This document shows positions 1-14,189 of a stretch of 64,000 bases of DNA, piece by piece. A model generated the notes under the pieces. It saw nothing but the letters and a program-made list of their open reading frames with translations. It was not told the origin of the DNA and searched no databases. The first letter of the stretch is position 1; every line of letters begins with the position of its first letter. Source of the stretch: Octopus vulgaris (lineage: Eukaryota); the NCBI GenBank assembly GCA_951406725.2, contig OX597825.1, forward strand, positions 8,742,001-8,806,000. Direction: 5' to 3'. Both the position numbers and the translations under genes were made by a program.

Positions 1-135
1 TATATATATATATATATATCACGTGATCACGTGACCGACCAGTCCATCAGATGTAGTTACACATCGCTGGTCACAATGCGTTCGCATTGTTTTAGCCCTC
101 GAATGACACCACCCCGCTGGCTAAGCGAGCAGGCC

Positions 136-194
<59 letters not shown>

Positions 195-195
<1 letters not shown>

Positions 196-275
196 CGAAT
201 GGTTATGTATCCAGGAGATTAAAATCGGAATGTAAGGGGATCCATAGACAACGAATGATTGAGAATCTCTACTCT
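195..275. mobile_element. Degenerate end of a hAT-type MITE
   Basis: GGGGATCCATAGACAACGAATGATTGAGAATCTCTA resembles Charlie-like hAT termini (…GGTTGAGAACCCCTG); the other end is not visible. Confidence 0.35.
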
Positions 276-707
276 AAATGTTCATTTGCTATGCTAAGCA
301 TAACCACATCCCACCATATATTGTGTAAAGTATAATTTAGGAACTATTAGATAATACTGCCTTGGACAAATCAAGATTTTAGTATATCGGAAAACTGCAG
401 GTTAAGTACTGTTCAATGCCTATCAACAGGAACGACAATAATAACATCATAAATTTTGATAAGTTCTGATTATTAATTACATAAGAGAACATAGAATTCT
501 AGATGTCGCTTCAGTGTTATTGTGTCATACCCGTCTTTCAAACAGTGTACACTTTCAGGATAAGCTATTGATTTACTACGTTTTAAAATTGTCCAGAAGT
601 AATACTTTATATAGCATTACCATTCTTACTGTTACTGAGGTTCTTCTCGATATATCTGACTCTTTCGTTTCACTCTTTCTATCACTATCTCTCCCTTTCT
701 CTTTCTC

Positions 708-883
<176 letters not shown>

Positions 884-1544
884 AGTCTACCCTTTTCTTC
901 TCTCACACTTTTGTCCGTCCTTGTCATACGTTTATTGTTATCTCTGTATTTCTGTATTTCTGTTTCAATACTAGTACAGTTATCTCCCTTTCTCTTCCTC
1001 TGCTCTCACCTTTCTTATTTTATCTAACACATTAAATAAACACTTTTATTCAGACATTATGGTAATTCTTTCCTACTCAATCTTTGTGTATCTAATTCAA
1101 GAGCAACACTGCTTAAGTACATGAATATGCACCCTCACTCACATTCACGCCCTCATTCTAACACACGAACAATAACATTCACACACACACACATACATAG
1201 ATACACACACACAAAGACAAACACACACACACATACATATATAAACGTGCATTTATTTTTTTCATTGTTACCTATGAGATGAACATAATTACCAAGTAAT
1301 GCTTACATTTCGTCCGTTCCTCTTAATATGTCTTCCTGTCTTTGGAATTTCTCTTTCCTTTTCCCTATATCCCCTTTCCTTTACTAAATGATCTATGTAT
1401 AAAATGCTATGCATTCTTTATATTTCTAATGTGTGTTTGTGTGTAGATATGTTCTCCTTCGAATAAGTCATTTTTTTTTCATCGCATTTTACATTTTATA
1501 GTTTTCCATAATTCCTCATTGCTTTACTGATAGTACACCATACA

Positions 1545-1921
1545 AGGTAGCGATCTGGCAGCGACGTTGGCACGCCGGGCGAAATGATTTGCGGTATTTC
1601 GTCTGCCGTTACGTTCTGAGTTCAAATTCCGCCGAGGTCGATTTGCCTTTCATCCTTTCGGGGTCAATAAATTAAGTACGAGTTATGTACTGGAGGAGAT
1701 ATAATCGACTTAATCCGTTTGTCTGTCCTTGTTTGTCCCCTCTGTGTTTAGCCCATTGTGGGTAGTAAAGAAATAGGTAATTCGTTTTTCTTTACGCCGA
1801 GATCGACTTTGCCTTTCATCCTTTCGGGGTCGATAAATTGAGTCCCAGTTGCGTACTGGGGTCGATCTAATGGACTGGACCCCTCCTCAAAAATTTCGGG
1901 CCGTGGGCCTTGAGTAGAAAA
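1545..1921 (+). mobile_element. tRNA-derived SINE with Meta-like core, partial tandem dimer
   Basis: tRNA-like head (GTTCAAATTCC B box); GCCTTTCATCCTTTCGGGGTC core occurs twice; related flanks GTACACCATA/GTACTCCATA; 7 copies in window. Confidence 0.9.
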
Positions 1922-2516
1922 TATTGTACTCCATATATTGTCTACCAGTGAACTAATGTGAACGATATACTGTGGAATTGTCTCAGTTTACATGCCCATT
2001 CTGTTGTCTCTTTTGCCTATAATGCGTATCATACATTTCTCATTGTTGTCTCTCGCTGAATAAGGCTTGCTGTTCTTCCGAAATCTCTCTCTCTTTTAAT
2101 TCCTATTCTTCTGAAGCAATCCTGACAGTTTTCGCCTTTTCGGTATTTTGCCAGCAACACAAAATTAAATCAGATATGATAAATGAAAATCGAACTATAG
2201 TACTGATTTTACGCAAAAATATACATCCACAGAAGGTATATATACATGTACGTCCATGCTGCTTCTTTTTTACTTTTGACTTTGGAAAAACCAGAATGCT
2301 ACTCAGAATCACCACTTAGAAAAAAGGAAGACAGTAACCTCAGGAAAATCCAGTCGTTACCTTATGGAAATCCAGCGACCGACGTGGCCAGGTTTTCAAA
2401 AGCAGTATTCACATACAAATATAGACGCACATAAATGCATAAATATGCCCAGAATGAAACTGCTGGTTACAAAAATAATTGTAAATAAACGTGCTTAACA
2501 CACACAAATACACGTA

Positions 2517-4100
2517 CCGGTAGTCATTCATTTTCGTAGAGGGTAAGCTCTTAGCAAGCCTAGGGAATTTGAATTAGCGAGTATTGAATCATGCAATTAG
2601 ATATTCTAAGTTATTAGGTATTGGTTTTTCCCAAATGTAATGATAAGTACCTACCAACAACTTTTAAGTCTTCTACAGACCAACTGGAATGTTCGCTAAG
2701 GGTAAATTTACATGAGTAATGCGATATCGTGCGCAAATTATAGGACAATGGTTTATATTCATTACTTACGGATATAGTTATATCTTTGAACAGATTGTGT
2801 AGCAGTTTTATAGTGTATTTTAATTATATCATGTTTACTGAACAAACTACTTCTCAAGATAAAGCATGTTTTGTAATTATCAAAAAACTGTACCGACCTG
2901 AGAACTTTTTTCTCCATCTCATTCACGCTATAACAGGACGGCTACGATGCGAGGAAAGCCAAATGTTGTTTCCATACTTCTAAATCTTTCATTGGGTTCA
3001 CCTTATGATAATTGCATTCCTCTAGCACATCCATACAAAGTTGTAATTTCAGATTCTGTAAGTGAGATGTGACTAATAAATCAACTTAATTCAGAGGTGG
3101 CGGTCACTATGTTTATACGAAGGCATTATTCCTCAATAAAAATTCAAGTTTGTTACTTTATCGGAACTCTTGAGGCTTCAGTATTATTGACAGACTTGTA
3201 GATATATTATCTTTCCAGAAGTATATCAGGTGATCTAATCTTTATTATCTGTTTATTTTATAAACTGTGAGACAAATTCTCACGTGTAATAAATAATTGT
3301 TATTGCGGATTGATCTATTGGCTGAAATGCACCGCCGGTATGTGGAGGAACACAAATCCCACAACCATTTATCGTAATACTTTATCGAACTCTATACTAT
3401 CACTACGTAAAACGATAAATTACTCCGAGCATAATATACTTCAATAGCTACAATAATCAGAGCTTTAGTGACATTAGCATTGCCTTAGGCAACCCTTTGA
3501 AAATCCTAGGATTTTCACAGAGATATATTAACATTGGTTTCAGCTTAAATTCCATCCTAACAAGCAGCGTCAATCTGATTTCTTTACTTGCGCTCATCCG
3601 CAATTTCGTTTTCAGATCATCCTTCTATACAGCATTAAAATCAAATCTTACAGCATTAAAACCTGTGGTGCAATTGCTACATCTAGAATCTCCAGGAAAA
3701 TTTGGAATTTGTTATCTGCTCAAGGTTATGATGCGCAGATCTCTACTGTTTAGTAAATTTTCAAACATATATTTCATGCCTAAAGTGATGGACAACTATT
3801 AGCCTGTTGTTCTAAATATTTTGAGCCTCCGTATGAACAGGACTCACGGTGACACGTTTTGGAGTTTATCATCAATTCATATTTTTTATTGAAGGCTATT
3901 CTCTATCTTTATATCTCGTTAATGACCATAATAGAAAAGAACTATTTCCTGAATTTTCTCTCCGTTCTTTAATTACCTTTCTGCTCAATAACACTGGGGA
4001 ACTTGACTTTTGGAGTCTGGATTGGAAACATGTTTCTAAGTAATTTTGTTCTACTTATGTCATAAAACAAAATTTGTTGCTCTATTACTTCAAGATTTTT
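2517..4100 (-). mobile_element. Decayed Tigger/pogo DNA transposon (transposase pseudogene)
   Basis: Minus-strand translation gives ASKEIRLTLLVRMEFKLKPMLIYLCENPRIFKGLPK (~3485-3590; cf. Tigger ASKDRLTLLL…FKLKPMLIYHSENPRALK) and FQPIDQSAI (~3300-3330; cf. LQPMDQGVI); CENP-B-like IDDKLQ near 3870; many stops and frameshifts; possible terminus at ~2517. Confidence 0.8.
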
Positions 4101-4811
4101 CACAACCTCAAATGTCCTTTTTTAAATATTTCCGGTACTGTCAACTTTTTAAATCACAGACGTAGTTTCATCCAATGTAAACGCATGTAAGGAGCTTCAC
4201 ATACATTTGAAACAATAAGTTTTGAATATTATTTAAAGTAAATGCGACTACAAATGTGAAAACAAACATGATTTCAGCATCTTCAGTAAATAAGTACCAC
4301 GAAACTCGACCAACTTCCCCTATTTTCAACCTAAACAGTTCAATGATAGAAATCTCCTTTATACAATTATTTATGTATAAGCAATACACTTCTGTGATCC
4401 TTGGATTCATACATGTGTCCTATTTGTGCAATGTGTCTGCAGATGGCCACACTCTGCTTTATGTAATGTTATTACCATTGCAAACCATATAATGTATGTT
4501 TTTTTTAACTTTAACAATTTCTTGGGAAAACTAGTATTTTGAATGCACCCTTAATGTTTGATCTTGTGGTTGAATTGTAGCAGAATACTTCTTGTCAAGC
4601 ATTCTCAAAGAACCAAAGGACTGTGTAAAGACGTGTGTAAAACCTTCATGTCATGTATACTGTTTAGGCATCACAAATCTGCATTTGTTTACTGTACAAC
4701 TGCGGGCAACTGGCTTGATTATATACATTACCTTAATCAACTTGGTGTGAAACTTAGTGTTTAAACCAGTTTGGCCACCCCATATATATATATATATATA
4801 TATATCAAAAT

Positions 4812-5008
4812 GCGACCGCGTGTGTACCGTTGGCGATCATTTCTCCTCTGTCTTCCCTTCTCTGGATCTTTCTTTCTCCTATGTTTCCGACAAAGAGCTC
4901 CGATCGAAACGTTAAACCCTCCTTCTTTCCTGACCGTCCAATAATACTATATTTGTTCCACGTTCTCGCGTTGTTGTGTTTTTTTGTGCTTTCTTGTTTG
5001 GATTAACT
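4812..5008 (+). mobile_element. TA-embedded short repeat carrying a hammerhead-like motif (probable Penelope-like pLTR fragment)
   Basis: Near-identical to 49130-49335; its 3' part recurs inverted at 16045-16130; flanked by (TA)n. Confidence 0.7.
4883..4917 (+). ncRNA. Degenerate minimal type I hammerhead ribozyme motif
   Basis: GTTT-CCGACAA-A-GAGC-TCC-GATC-GAAAC-GTT-AAAC; stem I GTTT/AAAC; core and stem II mutated. Confidence 0.45.
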
Positions 5009-5080
<72 letters not shown>

Positions 5081-5164
5081 CAAAATGGGCCAAGAACTCA
5101 AAACATTCGGACAACTCGGCGTACGTAGACTTTGTTCTCTTATATATATAAAACATATATGGGA

Positions 5165-6170
5165 ACACTGAGGCAGCGGCTGTTTCAAATACTTAAACAG
5201 AAATTGTCCAGCTCTGTTGTGTGAGAAAATTAGGTTTGGTGTGTTTGATGGGCAACAGAATATGTGGCTATGCAGGACAAGTAGTTTTGGGTGGCCATGT
5301 CTGCCATTGAATAAGAAGCATGGAAAGCTTTTGATGCGGTTGTGTCTGATTTCCTGATAAATGAGAATTCATCAAATTAGGAAGACTTTTTGGAAACCAG
5401 CTTTCAAGCACAGAGGTGCAGCATGTGTGTAAAAGTGCATTTCTGCACAGTCATCTCGAATGCTTCCCTGAAAATCATAGTGCAATATGTGATGCGCAAG
5501 GAAGAAAATGCCACCAATACATCGAGGTCATGGAGACAAGGTATCGAGGCAAATGGAACACAGACTTGATGGCTGACTAATGGTGGTCTCTGCAATGAGA
5601 CAGTCGTGTTACTCATGCAAAGCAACGAAGAAACCATCCACTCCTTGAGAAAGAGGAACTTTGGTTTGACAGACATATCTATCAGAAGATGTAAAATTAA
5701 ATATTTTGTGCAATATATGTGTTAAACAATAAAAGTATCATTTGGTTTGTGTTAGTTTCTTATTTCAGTATTGCATTTAATGACAAAATTTAATGGTAAT
5801 TTTTTGTTAAAAATTGAATTACAGTTTTAGCAAAATCTTTCCATGATAGAATATTCCTGAAGCATTTAAGAAGCCAGCACCACCAAATTAGGTAGGATTA
5901 ATTATATAAAATATAAAAAGGCGGCGAAGTGCTTAGCGGCATTTCGTCTGCCGTTATGTTCTAAGATCAAGTTCCGCGGAGGTCGACTTTGCCTTTCATC
6001 CTTTCGGGATCGAGAAATTAAGTACCAGTTACGCACTGGGGTCGATGTAATCAACTTAATCCGTTTGTCTGTCCTTGTTTGTCCCCTCTGTGTTTAGCCC
6101 CTTATGGGTAGTAAAGAAATATATATATAATATAAACACAAGACCATTAAAATCTGTTTCAAAATGTTAT
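5165..6170 (+). mobile_element. Decayed Chapaev3 (CMC superfamily) transposon, 3' half
   Basis: Frameshifted + strand peptides GCFKYL…EKIRFGVFDG, AWKAFDAVVSDFL, CSMCVKVHF/HSHLECFPENHSAICDAQGRKCHQYIEVMETRYRGKWNTDLMAD match the Chapaev3 signature HFLHSHLDxFPENLGAVSDEQGERFHQDI…MExRYQG…MMADYCW; interrupted by a SINE at 5919-6120. Confidence 0.85.
5919..6120 (+). mobile_element. Meta-like SINE nested in Chapaev3 3' region
   Basis: Same family as 1545-1921; head partly deleted. Confidence 0.9.
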
Positions 6171-6214
6171 TATTTGAATTTTTTCCGCAATGTTATTATT
6201 TGAATAATAAAAGC

Positions 6215-6400
6215 TGCTAACAGTAATACTTTGGGGGTAAACAATAAAATTCTGCTGATTCAGAAAGTAAGCTGTAGAAAAGAAAAAAAAAACCTACACG
6301 CGACAGAAGAAAACTGACTGTAGTTTTGAGATCCGCATGCCAATTTTAGTTTAAATCAATTGAAAAGAGCAAACTCAATAGAATCTATGTTCAAAAGTGT
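6215..6400 (+). mobile_element. Second Chapaev3-like 3' terminal fragment
   Basis: Loosely similar to the sub-terminal segment at 5830-5900 and ends in …TGTTCAAAAGTG. Confidence 0.4.
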
Positions 6401-8149
6401 TACCCTGTGAGGAAGACGAATTTTGGACTACAATTAATTTGTTCATTTTCAAATCCCTGATTATTGATGTTGAAATTTGATTTCTGAATACCAATCATCT
6501 TTAACTCTATTGAATTAGTGTTACGTGACGTAAGCTTTTTCCCATCTTTAACAACATAATTACTTTTATAATTTTACTTATTTTTGTTTTGGCTATAAAT
6601 AATTAAAAATAATTACAAACGAAGTATCAATTACTTTTATGTTCCTCAAAAGATGGCGCCACAAATTAATTAACTCTCATGGCGTCAGTTGCTTTTTTTT
6701 TTACATTTTAGTGGAATATTGTTTTTAAAATTTTGCATTAACTTGTAATTTACGATCTAAAGGCAATGTTTTCTTTCCGTAGATGGAAGGAGTGTTATCA
6801 GGTTGCATGATCTGACAATATAGCACGCGCACTCTCACACTGTTTTTTGATCCTGCAGTAAGAAATACACGTATGCTTACGACACTCACACGTTTACATC
6901 GGTGCTGTCATGAAAATGCGCACTTGCACATTGCCATAGGTAAACACGCTCGCTTGCGAACATACATATGTGTGCGTCGATACGTATGTAGGAACGTTAA
7001 GTATACGTTAAAATAACAGAAACAAAATAATGAAGAAATGCAAAATTCTTTCTCGTAGATGTCTTCTGGATAATACAAGTACATAAACACAAGCAATTTA
7101 TTAGGTTACTTTGTAGAAGAGTAGTTGAAATTTAGATGGAGTTGCTTTCAAAAATAAAGGTGAAAATATTCTTATGCCAAATAACATATCTTGGTAGCAG
7201 GAGCGATCGAAGTGAGAAATCCCCAGGATAGAGAAGTGGTTAATTGATCACCAAGGAACGGCTTTTTTTGATCTATCAATAAGGTACTTTACAGTTTCTA
7301 CGTGATATATTATATTAACATTGCCAGTCCAGGTGTCCAGTTATAGCTTTTGGTAAATCCGGTTTGAGATTCGCAATAAGGCTTTGTCCTTACCCTTATG
7401 ATGCAGAATTAACCATGAGAAAAGCACCAGGCAAGTTTGAGAGTAACGTGTGACTTATAACTGCACGTTAATTGCTAATATATTCCGAGTTAGTAAGAAT
7501 CTAAATGCGTAGACGCAATTCAGTCTGATGTTATATTGTGTTATAATTTCTGAGCAATATTTTCACTAATTGGAATGCAGGCAATCAGTGACGTGGATAA
7601 TATATTTCTATTAATTCAATAAGGATGCAATTTGCATAGACGTTCTTCAAATTGAACAGATATCATCAGTGAAAAATTGAAATCTAAATTGAGTTTCGGA
7701 AACCAGATAAGTTCCGAAGTTAGTTTTCGAATCAAAAATTGTTAGACGATAATGTACGCTACCTGTAGCTTAACAATGAAACAAAGAAGAAAAATTAACA
7801 ACGCAGGAGGTATGCAATGCATTTTAATTTTCTCAGCAAAATTCTTCGAAAGAGTAATTATTCGAAATTCAAATTTTACACAATCAGACTGTGTGTAGTA
7901 CTTCCAGTAATTTTGTGTCAGCAATTGTTTATATAAGTCTGTATAAAAATGTGAGACATTGACACAAAGATGTCTTATCATGCTGTAGTTCAGATCATTC
8001 CAAGGTGATCCTGCAATGAATATCGTATCATATTCTTGCAGCACAAGAAATATATTTTTCATTTCAGTCCTTTTATTTGGTTGAGCCCACTTCCTCTTCG
8101 TAGACTACTGAGTTAACGACGCACGCCAGGCCTAATGAACACGTATCCT

Positions 8150-9020
8150 TAATCGAGTTGCCATTCAGCTTGGCTAAAGTGATATGCTATCTCCATATAA
8201 ATATTTTTTCTTTATGTATGGTTACGAAAGAAATATTTCCCTATCTTGGCCAGGATTTGTTTGACCAACATTCGTCTATAAATATTACGAGAAAAATCTA
8301 ATTTTTCCGGGATATATTTTCTGGTATGATTCTTGTTTGGTCGATTTGTATGATGCCTGTTCTTTATAACCCCATTTGACAACTGCTCTATTATAGTAGA
8401 TGTTGTTTCATCTTTGGTGGAAGAGAATCTGGACCCTTACCCTATTGCTCATATAAGGTTTTAAAGACAATAACAGATGGCAAGACTGCTTATGAACAGA
8501 CTAAAATACGTTTCCCTTTTATTTGGGTGATCTCTGTAATTAGATATACCTCCCAATAGATACATTTAATATCAAAAAGGTTATGCAATACGACATTGCG
8601 TGCGCAATATGAATCGAACTCAAGTTTAATTGATTTTAATCAACAGTTCAGTTTTATACTTCCTTCGCCAGCTGATAAGGAAACTGAAGAAGACTGTTCA
8701 CTTTCACAGTAGAATATATATAAATAATTTTTACTGTATCATTAATTATTAATTCGCAAATATGTGAGCATGTTCTGATGAGGAATATATTCTCAAAGGG
8801 TTTCGCAGTATTTAAAATTCTAACGTAATCCTCGAAATGAAACAAAGAAAGCTGAATCCCAACTATCAAACAACACAAAAGCATTTGATACCTAAAATAG
8901 AAGTGTATAACTAACTATTGGAAACCCTAACAGACTCGCTATTTTTGCAACTCCCGATATTTGCAAGAAGTCTCATGTAATCGTTACTAAATTTCAGCTT
9001 TTCCTATATCGTCTTTATTT
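8150..9020 (-). mobile_element. Decayed Penelope-like retroelement (RT and linker)
   Basis: Minus-strand remnants in the expected order: DIGK, KNSESV, SHICEL (cf. GAEICELVG), YYNRAVVKWGYKEQ (cf. YxxALxxSGY), TNVGQ…KIGKYFFRNH (cf. TNIGKxFLxLIxKHF); many stops. Confidence 0.65.
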
Positions 9021-9119
9021 ACATGTGTTTCATAAAATATTAATGTATGCACAGGGATACTAATGTATACACAATGTAGTTAAAAAGTATATGTTGCGTC
9101 TTGGAATAATTGTAAATAT

Positions 9120-9473
9120 ATATCTAAAAATATATATATATATTTATGTATGCGTGTGAATGTGTGTGTGTACATATGATAATGTGTTCATATGTATTAA
9201 TATATATAGTTCTATTAATGCTTGTGCATTCATCTATAAACCCATCTCAGTCTTTATCTAGGAGCGTATGAAATATTTATATCGGTTTATGTATATGTGT
9301 GTGTGTGCATGCATGTATATATAGTAATCTTGCATATAATATGTGTATATATACTATATGCAAACTTACTACACACATGCACACAGAAAAACATACTGGC
9401 GCATATAGATATGTATATATGTATGTATATATACATGTGTGTGTGTGCGTATACTGGCGCATGTGGATATGTA

Positions 9474-9549
<76 letters not shown>

Positions 9550-9683
9550 AGTGTGTGTGTGCATGTGTGTGGATGTGTACGTGAGTGTGTATGTGCGCAC
9601 TTAATTCTCTATATATGGTGTCTGACATATAATAACAAATATATTTCTATCTATGTATATATATACATATATATGGAAAAAAG

Positions 9684-9739
<56 letters not shown>

Positions 9740-9951
9740 GTATGTATGTATGTATAAAATCATAGTTCTATGAATACTTGCGCATTTATCTGTAGACCCA
9801 TTGTGCCTATGTTTATCAGCGTATGAAATAGCTATATCTGCTTACGTATATGTCTTTGAGTATATGTGTGTTTTTAAGTGTGTGTACGTGTGCGTGTATG
9901 CAAGCTTACAATAAACAAACACACACAGAAACACATAGATACGTATATATG

Positions 9952-10009
<58 letters not shown>

Positions 10010-10260
10010 CATAGGTAGATATCAACATTTCTATTCGTGGTGTGTATGTACATACATATAGATGCATGGGTGCATCTGTATATTATATGTATGAATGTCT
10101 TAGTATACGTATTTGTATATATGTGTATATATGTACATGTATTGTTTGTGTGTGTGTGCATGGCTGTGTATGTATTAACTATATGTGCATGTTGCCATTA
10201 TGTATATCTCTGTGATATATAAGTATTCTCTGAATTCATGTGTATATGTGTATATATTTA
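9120..10260. repeat. Compound (TA)n/(TG)n microsatellite region with a diverged internal duplication
   Basis: 9210-9400 and 9765-9940 are related (AGTTCTAT…GCTTG…CCCAT…TTTATC…AGCGTATGAAATA…). Confidence 0.8.
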
Positions 10261-10734
10261 CCAACCGATGCCTCTGCTAATGGGTGGTCATTAAGAGTAT
10301 GGAAGCTTACGCAGTCCATAAATTATAAGGATACAAAATATAAGATTTTGAAGCATATTTATAGCTACATATGTATTAAATTCATAAATTCATTTTCGAA
10401 TCAAATACTTTCTTATTTCTTGTTATAACAAATATTTATAATACAAATTTACAAATAAATATAATAAATAAATTGCATATTACACATGCAACTTATTTAA
10501 CTTAATTTAAGATATTTATTATGGTCTTTCACGCCGTAAGACTGTCATCAATCTATTTTATAATGAGTGTTACGCACTCTCTGAAAGTTTGGCTCTGTAA
10601 TCTTAAAATATTGCCTTTTATAAACAATATATTTTTTCTCTCTTAATTAAACGCATTTAAGATCTCACGCGATAATAATTCACCGACACATTCACATGTT
10701 GCGTACTCTGTTTTCCATCTCTGTATATCAATAT

Positions 10735-11145
10735 ATACTCTTTTACTCTTTTTCTTGTTTCAATCATTTGACTGCGGCCATGTTGGAGCACCGCCTTGAA
10801 TTGAGCAACTCGACCCCGGGACTTATTCTTTGTAAACCCAGTACTTATTCTATCGGTCTTTTATGCCGATCCGCTAAGTAACGGGGATGTAAACACACCA
10901 CTATCGGTTGTCAAGCAATGCTAAAGGGACAAACACAGACACACAAACATACACGCACACATATATATATATACATATATTCGACGGGCTTCTTTCAGTT
11001 TCCATCTACCAAATCCACTCACAAGGCTTTAGTCGGCCCGAGGCTATAGTAGAAGACACTTGCCCAAGGTGCCACGCAGAGGGACTGAACCCGGAAACAT
11101 GTGGTTGGTAAACAAGCTACTTACCACACAGCCACTCCTGCGCCT
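10735..11145 (-). mobile_element. tRNA-derived SINE with CORE-like box and internal microsatellite
   Basis: Reverse complement has head GGCGCAGGAGTGGCTGTGTGGTAAG…GGTTCAGTCCC, GGCACCTTGGGCAAGTG (CORE-like) and a (GTAAAAGA) tail; 7 copies or fragments in window. Confidence 0.9.
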
Positions 11146-11673
11146 ATATATATGTTTATATATATGTACATATATATTTTTTCCATGGATGTCTTATATG
11201 CCCCAAGATTAGACTATTTACTTTAGTCAGTGCACAGTGATCGCTTCTAATTTCAAGCTTATTAAATCATATATATATATTATAGGCACACATATATGCA
11301 CACAAGAATATATACATATACATCCATATATTTGCGTATATAAGCATGAATATATGTGGAATTGAGTAGCTCACTCTACCCACTGGGTCACATAACATTT
11401 AGCTTAAATTTAATTTATATCATCTCAAAATTTTTGTTGCATACGATTATATATTTTCTTCCATATCTTAATATTAGTATGATGTGTTGAATTTATATCT
11501 TATCGTAATTGCGATGGCCTATGCTATACATCGACACATTATATATTATTATAGTTTATTCTAACTAAATTGTCTAAGTAATTACTAGACTTCCTCCCTC
11601 AAAATAGCTTCGAACTGTCACCATATATCATATTAACATCTTCATCATATAGGTAAGTCAGATGTCTGTGCTG

Positions 11674-11727
<54 letters not shown>

Positions 11728-11744
11728 TTATAGATATATATATA

Positions 11745-11827
<83 letters not shown>

Positions 11828-11946
11828 CATGCATATAAATATATTCATGTGTATATGTGTATGACTATGTATGCTTTATGTGTATGATTGTGTATGCTAC
11901 ATGTTTTTTTGCCACTATGTATACTTTTAGTATAAATATCAATATA

Positions 11947-12087
11947 GTCGCAGGCGTGGGTGTGCGGTAAGAAGCTTGATTCCCAACCATATGGATCCAA
12001 GTTCAGTCTCAGCTTCTACTTATAACTTTAAGCCGACCAAATCTTTGTAAGTGAATTTGGTAGGCGGAAACTGAAAGAAGCCTATCG

Positions 12088-12161
<74 letters not shown>

Positions 12162-12340
12162 TATATATATGCATATTTAGTGTGTTCGTTTCCCTGTAGA
12201 TTAGCGGTTCGGCAAAAGTGTCCGATAGAATAAGTACTTGACTTACAAAGAATTAGTCCTGGCGTCGAATTCCTCGGCTAAAAGCCTTTATTTTGATGCC
12301 CCAGCATCACTGCAGTCAAATGTCTGAAATGTAAAAGAAT
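11947..12340 (+). mobile_element. CORE-like SINE, diverged copy
   Basis: Same family as 10735-11145 in opposite orientation, with internal deletions. Confidence 0.85.
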
Positions 12341-14189
12341 TGCAGAACAGGAATATAGATTTATCTGTTTGCAATAAATATTAATTATAAGTTGAGATGC
12401 AAGTCTGTAACATTGTTTTTGACACATTCTTTAAATGTTGCATTGCCTTTCATGCTTTGATATTTGATTTAACTGCAAAAAAGAACGTTACAAATATGAT
12501 ACAAATGCGTTGCTCTGGATGTTTATTCCGTATTGCTATCATTTCCTTATATTACAAGCATTCATTTTACTGGTCAATGTTTAGTTTCATTGTTATATAT
12601 TACAAAATACTACTCCTAAAGAAATGGGTATAAGCATATAAATATTTATTAGTTGTAGATATATCTACCAAATCGTATCAGATACGCGAACGACTTTTGA
12701 ACCATGCACACGAGACAAATAAAGAACATGAATGAGGCTAGTGTATGAGCGTTCTGTTTCTCTGTATACAATTGCCTGCACGAAGATACGTAGACAATAT
12801 ATGTCGGCTTTATAAACTAGTTCGACTCTCAACTGCTTTATAAACAAGTTCGACTCTCAACAAATAATTTATTGGCTGATCACAACTGACTCACAAACGA
12901 CGAAGTCGATAACTTCTTTGAAATCATAAAACTTCAGCTACTGCAACAGTGTGAGAAATTTTTTATCGTATAGAATCATTCACTGATTCTAAAGAAAATA
13001 ATTATCAATTCTTGGTGTCATCAACACCGCATGCTATAAACCTAACACTAGTCTCTACCACTATCTCTCTATCATCTTTATCCTACTTACCATTGCAGTC
13101 TTCTCCGTTTCTCTCTCCTTTCGTTCCTTCAAACTGATATTACTACAAAATTAAACGGTTACACAGTCACTGATCTATCAAATATAATGTCGGCATCATC
13201 ACGTTAATGGCATAAATTGATGTAGGACATAGACGGCTATAACAAATCATTACAGCTTTGTATATTTTCCTTAGTTTTTCTTTCGGTTTTCATATCAAAC
13301 ATCTCTACAGTCGCCAATTTATATGTTCGTTATTTTTGTTTCTTTGATGCCTTAACAGTTTGATGTGGTTTCTGGCAAGGAATGATATAATTACTACATC
13401 AACTATGATTTATACATATCAGTATTTTCTAGTACACTCGTGCTTTGGTAGTGAAACATAGACGTATTTTTTCTCTTTTTTAAACAAATCGGTGTCGATA
13501 AATATACAGACAAAATACCATATATGTCCACCCGATATTTCATTTCAATTTTCTGTGACATGATAAGTCATGTCAGTGTACACTGTAACTCTGTAATTTC
13601 TTGTTTAAAGAAAACGTTCTCTGTAAACAACTTTTAGATGACGAGGTATGAAAAATTGCATTTTCAAATCCTTCATTTTGTTTTGTCACATGTTGATATG
13701 TTAAACAATAGAATATATTGGAATATATAAATGTCTAATAAATAATCATTGAATATACCATCCTTTGGTGAATTCTCTAGCATGAAAAATGTAATTGTTA
13801 GAAAGACATGTGTTAAAATAATAAAGTTATATTCATGATGATATTGAATTAAATATTTGATCGTCAAAGGTGATTACAATAAATATTAGCAACGTTCCGA
13901 AATTTGATTTAAGATATTGTGTGCATCTATGGAAACTGCAAGAGATTCATAGACAACGAACACTAAACATCCATTTGTTTAATCCATCGGAGAACAGCTT
14001 TGGATAGTCAAAGGAATTTATTTCTTTACCCACTTCCCATGCTTTTGAAAACAAAACGACGTTTCTTTCTATTTCGTTAAATTGTGTCAGTGATTTTGCT
14101 TTGAAGCAAAGCATGCTGAGAGGAAAATGTCATTTAGAATAATACAACAGATTATGTATATTTATTTATGTCACAAGCTTTTATCAATA

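Noticed and set aside
6647-6660. AAGATGGCGCC YY1-like site
   Set aside because: Single short motif with no other promoter evidence
7742-8062. 106-aa minus-strand ORF
   Set aside because: No recognisable domain; lies just downstream of a Penelope fossil
12780-12865. RRYVDNI RT-like motif and adjacent ~28-bp tandem duplication
   Set aside because: No flanking RT motifs; two copies without a spacer are not a CRISPR array
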